Source of the DNA: Atractiella rhizophila
Taxonomy: Eukaryota
DNA: 64,000 nt
Direction: 5' to 3'
Assembly: GCA_021432655.1 (NCBI GenBank)
Contig: MU271226.1
Coordinates: 62,001 to 126,000, forward strand
In this document: positions 52,203 through 64,000 of the stretch, in pieces
Numbering within the stretch: the first letter of the stretch is position 1
Layout: the number at the start of each line of letters is the position of its first letter
The notes under the pieces: model-generated
Databases searched by the model: none
The model's input: only the letters and a program-made list of their open reading frames with translations
Told to the model about the DNA's origin: nothing
Made by a program: the position numbers and the translations under genes

Positions 52203-55200
52203 AGGAACAAGGAACAGTCGCGAAGCTAGTTCAGGCGCTCAGCGACGGGATGTCTTTTTCTGAGGAAATGTGCGAAATAGAATTTGAATCTATACTTGTA
52301 ATGAGAATAGAATATCACAAACAGAATTCCAGTGACACGACATCAACAGAACGATCAAACCATCCATGGTCACGTGATGTAAACTCCTGAGGTATGTACT
52401 CGAATCTCCCTGGGACATACAAGTCGTTATACAAGATCAAATAAATCCCTGCTCCTCCTTTCGAGCGAGAGAAGGATCATCGACCCTTTCCACCCCATAC
52501 GCTCAGGAGAAAATCCGTCCCATTCGCGGTTAGATTCGCTTTGCACCACAAACTGTGGTGTTAGATAACAATCTAATGAAAAGAGGAGACTCTAACCCTT
52601 TGATCCCCATGCTGCACCTGCACCACCTGTCCACGCTGCCGTCGCCTGTGTCGGCGCTTTGTAAATGTCTGGTTTCTCTGCAAGCAAGGTTCGTTCGGGA
52701 ACATAAGGAGTGTAGAGGATCAAACAAACCGGCGGGAGGTATCTCAGAGTCGTGCATGCGTGCAACAGCATCTTGCCAACCTAAATCAGGTGGATGTAAG
52801 TCAAAGGAACGACTTCATTTGACCATGACGAGGCTCACCTTTTTGTAGGTAGGAGACGCAATCTGGAGCGTTGAAGGAGTTATAAAGGGAGTCGACTGAC
52901 GGTAATGCTGCTGAACCTGCCGCTGTTGCTGTTGTTGAAGAGGCCGCCATGATGCTCGTTCGAGGCTTGTGGTCTGAAATGAAATGCGACCAAATAAAAC
53001 ATGGCGGTTCCGATTTACCCGTCCATTGCACACGATTAAGAGTTTTTGTGAACGATATGTATTAAATCTGAGATTTGGTTCTATGTTGGCCTCACAGAAG
53101 AGCTAGAGACTATAGTAGGAAAACTATTGAGTTGGAGGGTAAGCTAGTTGTGTGGCGAAGATGGTGTTGAGGTGCGCTCCCCCAAGACCCCGTTCGTTCG
53201 AAGTTGGGAGCTTTTGCTATGTTTCATCGGTACATGTAAGAATTTAAGGCTCAGGATTGTATCGTAGACTGTGTGTCGGAAAGGGCATTCCGGACTGTTG
53301 TAATTCTAGTATGGAGAAGCGTTGGGAGTTTGCTTGCTTCTGCCTTGTCCACGGAGAGTCTGCATCGCTTGTGAGCCATTCTCGCGCTCACGATGGCCTT
53401 TCATTTAGATGATAGACTATTCTTGTCCATTATGCCAAAAGAATCACGCAATCATAGAAGTGTCAAAACAACATTGTCATACATAACAGCACTGTTCTCC
53501 TACTCTCAACGTATCTTTGTTGTCCTAATCGGATGTCGCGCTTTTCCATATTTAAGGAAAAGAGCCAAATCTTAGCATCACGTGAGACTGCGCGTGGGAG
53601 CAAGTCCATTAGACCCTGCATTAGACCACTTCCTCGTGCCATCCATGATTGATCGGTCCACAATTTCTTTGAAGGAGCCACATCACGAATATTTTCTCAC
53701 CATGTCAGCCAATTCGAGGCTCTAAGTGCCGCTTCCCCGCCAAAAGTTGGTTGCCGCATTGATTGCCGGTGAAGGGAATCTTGGGAACCGGATGTCAAAC
53801 CCAGGTAAAAGGCGACCTGCTCTAACTCAGGTCCCCCAACGATAACGATAAACAGCATGGCGCGAAAATCCACTCGAAGAGAGCCGATTCGAATCGCCAT
53901 CATTGGTTGTGGGTGTGTACATTTCCCTGCTTCAGGTTGTGAACTGAAGAATGAACCGCTGGATGATGTGCAGACTATCTGGCATCACCCTAACCCTCAA
54001 ACTTGTCACAGCTTTTGAGAAGAAGGGATATGTCAAGGGAAGGGATTGGACATTGGCCATTTTCGAGAGGGGAGATGGCCCTGTTGGAACCTGGCGATAC
54101 AACACTTATCCAGGGTGCGCATGCGACGGTGGGTCCCATTGTTCCAGTTGCTGCCTGGCCATTCAACCATTGAGAGAGCAGTCCCCGTCCACTATTACTC
54201 CCTCTCCGACCATCCAAATCCTGATTGGAGCACCGCTTATGCGGGTCAACAAGAAATCGAGGCCTACTGGCTCAAGTTGTACCATCAGTATGAAATCTCC
54301 CGCTTTGTCACATTCCAGACCACCTTTCTCTCCTCCAATTGGTCCTCCTCTTCACAATCGCACGCCCTCACACTCTCATCTAACGACACTGGCAAGACAT
54401 TTCAATACGAAGCAGACGTCCTCGTGTCCTGCATCGGAGGCTTCGCTCATCCAGTCAATCCGGAACTAGGAAGCTTTGGGGGAATCAGTTTTCATTCAAA
54501 CCGCTGGCCGAAGGATCAGGTTGCGGAAATGGAAAAAAAGGATAGCGGAAGAGGAGTCAGTTTGAGCCAGTTTGGATATGACCAATTAACTCGATTCAAG
54601 AGCGTGAACAAGAAAGTTGTTTGAAGGAACAAGGAACAGTCGCGAAGCTAGTTCAGGCGCTCAGCGTCGGCATGTCTTTTTCTGAGGAAATGTGCGAAAT
54701 AGAATTTGAATCTATACTTGTAATGAGAATAGAATATCACAAACAGAATTCCAGTGACACGACATCAACAGAACGATCAAACCATCCATGGTCACGTGAT
54801 GTAAACTCCTGAGGTATGTACTCGAATCTCCCTGGGACATACAAGTCGTTATACAAGATCAAATAAATCCCTGCTCCTCCTTTCGAGCGAGAGAAGGATC
54901 ATCGACCCTTTCCACCCCATACACTCAGGAGAAAATCCGTCCCATTCGCGGTTAGATTCGCTTTGCACCACAAACTGTGGTGTTAGATAACAATCTAATG
55001 AAAAGAGGAGACTCTAACCCTTGGATCCCCATGCTGCACCTGCACCACCTGTCCACGCTGCTGTCGCCTGTGTTGGAGCTTTGTAAATGTCTGGTTTCTC
55101 TGCAAGCAAGGTTCGTTCAACTCCTCGGGAACATAACGAGTGTAGAGGATCAAACAAACCTGCGGGAGGTATCTCAGAGTCGTGCATGCGTGCAACAGCA

Positions 55201-56954
55201 TCTTGCCAACCTAAATCAGGTGGATGTAAGTCAAAGGAACAACTTCATTCGACCGTGACGAGGCTCACCTTTTTGTAGGTAGGAGACGCAATCTGGAGCG
55301 TTGAAGGAGTTAGAAAGGGAGTCAACTGATGGTAATGCTGCTGAACCTGCTACTGTTGCTGATGTTGAAGAGGCCGCCATGATGCTCGTTTCGAGACAAG
55401 TAGTCTGAAATGAAATGCGAGCAAATAACCATGCGGTTCCGATTTACCCGTCCATTGCCACCAGAAGACCAAAAGTTTTTGGAAGCTCTATGTATTGATC
55501 TGAGATTTGGTTATATATTGGCCTCGCAGAAGAGCTAGCGACTATTGTAGGAAAACTATTGAGTTGGAATGTGAAGCTAGTTGTGTGGCGAGGATGGTGT
55601 TGAGGTACGCTCAATGTTCGAAGGTGGGAGCTTTTGCTATGTTCATTGGTACATGTAAAGCATTTAAGGCTCAGGATTGTATCGTAGACTGTTAGAAAGT
55701 GGATTCCGGACTGTAATTCTAGTATGTAGAAGTGTTCTGGCGTCCAATCAAACATTGTAATTGCTTGCTTCTACCTTTTTCCAAGGAGAGTCTAGGTCCG
55801 CTTGTGAACCATCCTCGTGTTCGCGGTGGCCTTTTGTTCAACTGATAGACTATGCTAGTCCATTATGCCAAAGAATCACGCAATCATAGAAGCATAAATA
55901 ATGTATTTGTTATGGGCCAACGGAACTGTCGGTGCTCTAAACCTATCGTTGTCCTGCTAAATGGGAATATCGCACTTTTCCGTGTTTGAAGGAAAAGAGC
56001 CAAATCAGCATCGCGTGAGCCTGAGCATGAGAGGAAGTCCATTAAACCACTTCCTCGTGCCATGATCGGTCCACACTTCTTGTAAGGAGCCACATCACGA
56101 ATCTTTTCTTACCGTTGTCAGCCAATTCGAGGCTGCAAAGTAACACCTTCCGGGGCCGCTTCCCCGCCAAAACTTGGTTGCCGCATTGATTGCCGGTGAA
56201 GGGATTCTTGCGAACCGGATGTCAAAACCAAGGTAAAAGGGGGCCTGTTCTAACTCAGGTCCCCTCAACGATAACGATAAACAGCATGGCGCGAAAATCC
56301 ACTCGAAGAGAGCCGATTCGAATCGCCATTATTGGTTGTGGGTGCGTACATTTCCTGCTTCAGGTTGTGAACTGAAGAAGGAACCGCTGGATGATGTGCA
56401 GACTATCTGGTATCACCCTCACCCTCAAACTTGTCACAGCTTTTGAGAAGAAGGGGTATGTCAAGGGAAGGGATTGGACGTTGGCCATTTTCGAGAGGGG
56501 AGATGGCCCTGTCGGAACCTGGCGATACAACACTTATCCAGGTTGTGCATGCGACGGTGGGTCCCATTGTTCCAGTTGCTGCCTGTCCATTCAACCATTG
56601 AGAGAGCAGTCCCCGTCCACTATTACTCCCTCATCCAAATCCCGATTGGAGCACTGCCTATGCGGGTCAACAAGAAATAGAGGCCTATTGGCTCAAGTTG
56701 TACCATCAGTATGAAATCTCCCGCTTTGTCACATTCCAGACCACCTTTCTCTCCTCCAATTGGTCCTCCTCTTCACAATCGCACGCCCTCACACTCTCAT
56801 CTAACGACACTGGCAAGACATTTCAATACGAAGCAGACGTCCTCGTGTCCTGCATCGGAGGCTTCGCTCATCCAGTCAATCCAGAACTAGGAAGCTTTGG
56901 GGGAATCAGTTTTCATTCAAACCGCTGGCCGAAGGATCAGGTTGCGGAAATGGA
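52116..56954. repeat. Direct tandem duplication: copy 1 52116-54533, AAAA filler, copy 2 54538-56954
   Basis: AAGGATAGCGGAAGAGG recurs at 52116 and 54538. The ends are near-identical and the middle intergenic part is clearly diverged, with indels. Confidence 0.97.
53857..54624 (+). pseudogene. 3'-truncated BVMO/FMO copy fused in frame to the last ALDH exon
   Basis: IAIIGCGLSG, GTWRYNTYPGCACD, FGGISFHSNRWP, then KKDSGRGVSLSQFGYDQLTRFKSVNKKVV*, which is the ALDH C-terminus. Confidence 0.85.
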
Positions 56955-58321
56955 GGAGGGGGAGGAGACGATACGTGATCCCAAGATCGACTGGCTGAAG
57001 GGGAAGAAAGTGGGAATCATTGGCGCTGGTTCGACAGCATCGCAAATCATTCCTTCTATCGTGGACCTGAAAGGCATCGAAATTCATCAATTCACGAGAA
57101 CGCCTAACTGGATTGCGCCAAGGGTGCCTGTCCAACAGCTCGTGATGGGTTTGTGGTTACTCTCAGGGCGTAGGATGCCGCTACCCGTGCGCTATCATTT
57201 CTTCCAACTAGTTACAGCTTTTGAGTCAACCATATGGGATGTAGACAGATTTGAAGTATTCCAACTTCTCAAAATTCTTGTTTCGCTGGCTTCCAGGTTT
57301 TCGACTTTTTCATCGGTTTATGCTCTACTTCTGGGGGCACGAAATTGCTTGGGCAGCTTTCAGGAACAAGGACTCGAAAGTAAATAAGCGTGCGCGACAG
57401 GTTTGTTTTCTGCCTTTGGCAGTATCATTTCACTCAACTCATTGGATTAATATGCAGACTGTGACCGCCTACATGAAGCATCAAATGCCTCCACGATATT
57501 GGAATGACCTCATACCAGACTACGAGCCGGGTTGCAAGAGGACCGTTATCGATCCAGTCGCAAACGGATACCTCAATGCCCTCTGGAAACCGAATTTGCA
57601 CGTTTATCGTATGAAAAAAGTCCAAGTTGTCGACAAAGGCGTCGTGCTCCCTGATGGTCAACTGCTTCGTCATATTTCAGCAAATACAGAGAATCTGATT
57701 CTGGTTGAATATAGAGAGCATAGTCAATCTTGACGTCCTTATATACGCTACTGGGTTTTCAGTCGCGACCGACGGTCTTACGCTGAATATTGGAGGGAGG
57801 ACAGATCCTCTTCCTAAATATTGGCAAGACAGAGTCAGTATTGACCTATCACTCAAATCATCCCTAACCCTACGTTTCGCATTAGGGTGGTCCAGAAGCC
57901 TTCATGGGGATTCTCGTTCCTTCATTCCCGAACTTCGTCAGCCTAGTCGGCCCAAACTCTATTACAGGGCATCAAAGCGTTATCGCTTTCGTCGAAAGTC
58001 AATGCACCTACATCGAACAGCTGATTTTAGGCATGTTCGAGAAGGACATTGGAACATTTGAAGTTCGCGAAGACGTCTGTCGCGACTATAACCAAATGTT
58101 GAAAGGTCGGCTGGAGCAGAGCGCAATGAATGGGAGCTGTGTTGCATGGTATAAGACGAAAGACGGGAAAAACACCACTGGCTGGCCAGGTACTTTGGTA
58201 CGTTTCGTTTCTCTCAACCTTGTGTCATGTGTGGCTGACCGCTAGTGGTAAGGCCGAATTCTGGTGGAGGACGCGCAAAGTTCATTGGAACGATTTGGTC
58301 ACTTCTAAACCGTTACACTGA
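56286..58321 (+). pseudogene. Baeyer-Villiger-type flavin monooxygenase, full length but with a 7-nt frameshift deletion as assembled
   Basis: GxGxxG (IIGCGLSG), WRYNTYPGCACD, BVMO fingerprint FGGISFHSNRWP, VGIIGAGSTASQII, PGCKR, YATGF, FPNF..LVGPN. Lacks the TCCGACC present in the other copy (54205-54211). Confidence 0.85.
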
Positions 58322-59320
58322 CAACTTTGACATCGCTTGTGTGCAGGAGCTTTGTTTGTCTGCAATTCATCTTCATCGTACGTTACATCTCTACGTCATC
58401 ATTTCGGCTCCCATTGGCAAATCCTTACAAAGGCCATTTTGCCCATGCTTAGCCACCAGGCAAAGGTTTCCGTCAAAGCAAAAGGACAGAAAGAAAGCGA
58501 GAACTGAAACGCATCTCTTCCAGTCCAATCAATGAACATTAAGCAACGTCCATTCCAATCGCTCTCTTCAAAATAATGAAGTACCGTTATTTCTTCTCAT
58601 GTCTTGTACCAATCTCACTAGTAAGAGGGACCTCGCAATACGGTTGTCACTTGTTATGTAGCAGTTGAGGAGAACAGATTCTACCGAGTCCAACGCATCC
58701 TGCCAACTGGAAGAGTCGTCGTGAACCAGCCCCTGTGTGCGCCTTCGATCGCATCAACCGAGATGATGTATTTCAAGCCATTTCCTTTTTCAACCAACCA
58801 GCACGTCAATGACTGGAAAACCTTTGAGGCAGAGCTGGTTGATACCTATGCGCTCACTTGTACCCATTAGAATATCTGCTGAAGGGAAGAAGTCGGGAAC
58901 TGTTCGAGGTCGAAGAAGTAGAGCGCAATTGTCATGGTAAAGGTAGACGGTGTTGATGTTGATGTTGAAGCCAGCCTCAGGGTTCGAATTGAAGTTCTGA
59001 CAACAAGGAGTGGCAGGAGCTGAGTGTCGCGAGTTTAACTTCAAGCTTCAAGTCACATTGAGAGTGTAAACTATTGAGTGATAATAATCATGACATCTGA
59101 TTAAAGAAAGGTAGATGTTCTTACATGGGCCATATCAGAGACATCGTTTTGATCCCTGCTATTATCCGGACGTTTCCAAATCACTTTAATTTCCAACCCC
59201 CGTACATACATCCTAGCACAGTCTTGGGGGGGTCAACTGCGACACCTTCCATGAAGAAATGACTTTAGAAGGGCAGTGTAAGTAGCCTCTTGGTGGAGGA
59301 GATGGGGTAAATAAAGTCCT

Positions 59321-60250
59321 TCAATCACTCTTTTCTAATCGGTACCTCTGTCTCCACTCCCGTTCAAGAATTCCACTACAGACCATAAGGGCACCATACG
59401 GACATGAGGAAAGAACAGACTCACAGACAGTGGTTGTCGTAGAACTTCCCCCCAACTTTCAAAATGTAGAGTTGTTGATCAGTGGCATCTAACACTGATC
59501 GCGCAACTCAAACAACGCACTGAAAAAGCACTCTCGTTGTATACCTTCCGTTTTAAAGCCGCTACCCGTAACCGTAAGTATGCAAAACATGATAGACCTA
59601 GATTGTAGGAGACAAACATCGATTTATACAGTTTTTTAGCGGGTTCGTTCCACGACAATACATCCCCAGACACCTATACCATCATAATCATCTTAAGTAC
59701 ACCGCTTTTGAAGAATCCAAAGGCACCACCGACCTTGTGTAGCCCGTAATGTTCGAAGCCTTGTTCAAGGAGCCACAACAAAGCTTCTTTCCCGTAACCC
59801 TTTCCTTGATACCTGATCTTCTGGATCAGGAATAGTTCTATGGACGGAAATTCATGAAAATGCACTCGGAACCAAGTTTAATGGCGAAGCGAGAGACGGG
59901 GAAGCGTGTTTCAGCAGCAGAGAGCGACATTTGACCAATCACTTGTCCTGCTTTCTTTTTCCCTTTTCCCTCGCCTTCTTCATCACTAACGAGGCATATA
60001 GTGATGAAATACGGGCTCTTCTCATGATTTGCAAAGTATTGTTCCCAGCGCTCGGTCGTCATCGGCCTGCATCGTTTTCTCAACACAGACGGGGAAGAGA
60101 TCAGGAGGGATAAGCAGACCTCGTCTCCAGATGTGACGCCAACAGTGCATGTTCATCGAATATTTTGACAAATATTGGAATGTCGGACTTTTCACTGGTG
60201 CGATAGACCAGCCGCTCTGAGTGGAATTTTACTACTGGTACTGTCGACAT
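59321..60250 (-). CDS. GNAT family N-acetyltransferase (RimJ/RimL-like)
   Basis: FHSERLVYR, VIGQMSL, YQGKGYGKEALLWLL..GF..YGLHKV, WNEPAKKLYKS.GFKTEG, GILEREW. Confidence 0.88.
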
Positions 60251-60799
60251 CCTAGTAGGATTGATATTGATATTGGATCAATGAATCTGTCCCAACGAAG
60301 TTGATTCTTTTGTGCCACCAGGCGTTATAAAGCAGAATCTCGGAGTATATCGATCGAGGAGTCATGAGAGGGTAAAGCATGCCAGAGCACGCAGCGTATC
60401 CGACTCGGAGTGTATCATAACGCCGAGGCAAAATTGCGAGAGGAGTTGAGATGTAAAGGTGGCTGAGTCTGAATAAAGCAACTATCGCTCATTAATAGAG
60501 GACCTACTAGCAACCCCCCACCTCATCAAATACAGTTGATCTGAAGAGGCCACAGATATGAAGGTTCTGTGAATATAGTCTCGCTAGCTATACACGCCAG
60601 TTCATGCAACCCAGTTTTGCAAAAATGCATGCGGAAGTAAAATGAATTAAGAAAGACAGCAACACACAGTGCCGTGAATTGTGAAGAACAAAGAGATATG
60701 GATTTGAGATGCTGCAGCAAATTTCGGAGCACAATACGTACTAGTCAGCAGTGTCAAGGAAGAAAAACGAAGGTTTGAGGGAGGAAATGGCTTCGTTCA

Positions 60800-63450
60800 C
60801 TACACGTCCTTTGCAAAACGAAAAGCAAGACGATGGACCGGTGATGACTTTTGCGGCCTCTTTGTGATCTCGACCTCTCCCCTCTCCAGGGCCGCGAAGT
60901 CAATTATCCCACAGCTCTCATCCCATCTGACTTCTTCCCATCTTGGTTTCCCATCCTGTGCTCTACTAGGTTTGAGCTGTCCCACCTCTGCCCTCTGCTT
61001 CGACAATATTGCTGACATCTGTGGTAACTGAGTGGTACCAAGATTGTGCATCCTGGTAAACACTTGGAAGAGGGCTCGGAGTTCAGCGGGCGAAAGGTGG
61101 AGCGCTGAATATTGTGCATGAGGGGGTCGTACTGGACAGGAAGGTGAACTATTAGAGGCGGAGGGATTGGGTGGAGAGCGAAGCGAAGATACATGCGCGA
61201 GAGGGGTGGAAGGTACAGGAGGTGGATCGATTTTAGGAGTCGACAGAAAGGCGACAGAGCACTTTTGATCGAGGTCTAATATTATACGTTGTGCTTGGAA
61301 AAAATGACGAAGGTCATCAGCGTCAGCGGGGTTGATAAGTTCTTCTTTGTCGTTTGAAGGAGAGCGATTGGATGGAGGGAGAGTTTGAGAAATTATTTTG
61401 TACCTGTGTAGCCATAAATGTGTGATCGTGTCAACGATAGATGAGATGTGTCTCACAGTTGAGCAAGGGTCGAACCAGAAATTTCCCTGGAAAGATATTC
61501 AGCGACGTGGTCCCAAATCCGCACAGTCCATGGTTCTATCTCGTCAGATACACATCGCTTGGCTTGAAGGACTTGGGGTATTCGATTTCCCACCCCTTCT
61601 ATGACCCTTCGGAGAACAAGGATATCACGGTGATTAACGTATTGGATCAAGTCGTCCCTGAAAACTGCGACAACTTCCGCACACGCCTGCTCTAACGAGC
61701 TCGTTGGCATAGACTGAGCCACTTCTTTGTTCAGCTGGGCAGTGGGAGGGGTATGTGAGCTTGTGGACGAGAGTGAGTCTCCAATCGCTCTAGTGAAAGT
61801 AGGACAGGAAAGGGGCACTGTTGGAGGCGTTGGCTGCAAAGGAAGAGGTTGTGCGGCATTTCTCGTGCTCGAACTTAGAGATGGACGCGTTTCCAAGGCA
61901 GGCGGCGCGGAGGTCGATGTCCAGGCGGCATTCGAATGCGGTACTTCCTCCAACTCATCTACTTCCTCTTCCTTTGCGCCATCACTACCGCCTACGAAAG
62001 GTTTCCTAAATCCTTCACGTCAGCCTTCACCCCCCTACGTCCAAAATCTGAACGTGTAAATCAAGAGACTCACCTCTCCTCCTCCGGCAATCCTACCTCG
62101 ATCGGTGAGTAGTCTTCCCTCTTCAAGCTCTCCACATCCTCTCGCGTCACGCGAAAATGTCTTCTGAGCATCCACACCATCTCTTCCTCTTCTTTCTTCG
62201 TCGCGCTTGCACCCCCGACCGGATTTAGATCCTCATTCTGATTCATATCATCCCCCGAACCCACGAGCATACACCGGGGTAGACCGACACAGGAATTTTC
62301 ATGGACTACACGACAGAACCGTTGTATGCTCACGGGGTAGTTCCTCATCTCTCCCGCTCTCTCATCCTCCTTCACAGCCTCATTTTCTTTCCCCTCCCTT
62401 TCATTCAGCAATTGAACCTGTCGTCTAACCCTCGCCTTCTCCAAGCCTGCTGCGTTTTGAATTCTTGTCCAAGCGTTCCATTCGTCCATAGCCTCTTTCC
62501 CCAAGGCGTTCGGATTGGAAGTAAAATTGGCAGAGGAGATGGCAGAAAAGCGGAAGGAGAGGCACGAAGGGAAGTTCAGGCATGGCTGTTGAAGGTGGTG
62601 GAGAGAGCAGAGGGAGAAGAGACGGGGGAAGATTTTGGGCCACACCACCTCCTTCAAAGGCTGAATTGGCTTCTGCGGTCCATGTTCGGGTTGAGGTTGC
62701 TGTAGTCGAGCTTCTTGCTGAGTGGACGCGTTGGAGCTAGATGAGGTCGAGGTTGAGGGGTACAAGGGTCCTTGAAATTTCTTGCGTGTTGCGTTGATGG
62801 CTGGAGGGCGACCGTGCGCATGCTCCCGGTAACGTTTGAAAGCTTCTAGGATCCCGAGTGCCTTCATGATTCGCTCGACGTGCCTGATAGGTTCGGCGGT
62901 GCTTATGAGGCCCACAAGACAGTTTTGGATGCCTGGACATTCCGGAGTGTGATAAGTCTGTTCATCAATGCCAGTCAGTCAACCCATATGCCCCTGGCGA
63001 CAATTGGATAAACGATTGCGGCAGTAATAGCGAATAATGACGAAGAAAAGAGTAATAGAAGGAAAGACGAACATAACAAAACTCCCATAACTTTTCTTCG
63101 TCTTCGTTTCCACTTTCTCTCCTCTTGCCAACGCTTACACTGCCTTCAAATGAGCCATCCCTCTTTCTTTTCCTGCCCAGCGTTCTGCTCCGCTCCTTTT
63201 CCTTTCTCACAGCCAATCTCAGTGCCTCGTAGTCCAAGAAGTCGACGATGAGTCCCATGTCGCTCGTCTGTCGTATCGCGTCTTCGTCGCCCGCGAGACA
63301 GTCAGGGAAGCGCGGAGTGGTGCTCTGGGGTAAGCCAAGTGCTGGTGCGCGTGGTGCGCTTGGCAGTAGTTCGATAGCGACGCAAGCGGCGCGAGAGGTG
63401 GGAGGGGCATCTTCGTCTCCAAGTTCTTTATGCAAAGATGAAGCCGTCAA
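60800..63450 (-). CDS. Hypothetical multi-exon protein; the 5' end may extend further right
   Basis: Four long same-strand ORFs (62965-63450, 62070-62915, 61453-61953, 60800-61456) linked by plausible GT-AG introns, with a basic RKRKR stretch. No recognised domain. Confidence 0.45.
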
Positions 63451-64000
63451 CTGTTGCGTGCCTTGAGTGCCTCGAGGTGGATATAAATATTATCTGAATA
63501 ATGCCGCTCAGAGTATTACTCAAAGTTCAAGTTGCTGGTCAAAACATTGCTGGCTACGCTACCTTGAAGAAGCCAGCTCCTTCGTGTGGTTCAAGTCGGT
63601 CGGCGGCGGCAATCCAAGAAGGAAGAACGACGAACAAGTTCGGACAGGATTGTTCTATTCGAGTAGAACAACTTCTGTGATCTGTCGAGCACTATCTGGG
63701 TTTGAGAACTTAGAGGGAGGGTAACATGGGTCGGATAAGATATGAAGCTTATCAAGGGTGCTGGTTGATCCATTGGTGGTAGCACTAGCAGCCCATGTCG
63801 GTCTCTAACCGGGCTCCATTCCCATAATCGTACGAGGACAGGACAAATATCTTCATACTCAGCAACCAAGCCCGCACCAGGTCCGATAGTCGTCATGGAT
63901 GAGAGTCTTGGGTGATTTCCATAGATGCAGAATGGAATCGAAACCGGCATTTTGACACGGGTCCTGCTGGTAATAGGGTCAGATGGATCAGCTCGAGGAG

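Noticed and set aside
27834..56954. Treating the two duplications as LTRs or other mobile elements
   Set aside because: No TG..CA ends, TIRs, target-site duplications or transposase/RT; the breakpoints fall inside ordinary genes.
60800..63450. Possible paralogy with the Zn-cluster gene at 18156-21370
   Set aside because: Only a faint LH(L/P)..(Q/E)L resemblance; not supportable without an alignment.
1..64000. CRISPR arrays, rRNA, tRNA or prokaryotic defence systems
   Set aside because: The sequence is spliceosomal-intron-rich eukaryotic DNA; no repeat-spacer array or recognisable structural RNA gene was seen.

Overview
Eukaryotic, intron-dense fungal DNA, most consistent with a basidiomycete: ~50-60 nt GT-AG introns with CTRAC/CTGAY branch points, many microexons, and basidiomycete-type families. 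The ORF track only shows exon fragments, so I spliced the gene models by eye and the boundaries are approximate. Recognisable genes are an EOS1-like membrane protein (partial), phospholipase D, a secreted three-repeat Cys protein, ERG25, two paralogous F-box-like/LRR-like proteins, an atypical Zn-cluster protein, COX6, a DUF6534-type membrane protein, a MetE-like protein, CPSF5/CFIm25, SGT1, a 4CL-like acyl-CoA ligase ending in SKL, a Pil1-like BAR protein, two aldehyde dehydrogenases, a Baeyer-Villiger-type flavin monooxygenase and a RimJ/L GNAT. Two tandem duplications (about 2.07 kb and 2.42 kb) have identical ends and allele-like divergence in the middle. They are probably the two haplotypes of a heterozygous strain assembled in tandem, and one carries a clear read-phasing error signature. 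The most promising undescribed elements are the secreted triple-repeat protein and the F-box-like paralog pair with a shared unnamed N-terminal domain. I found no rRNA, tRNA, CRISPR array or intact transposon.
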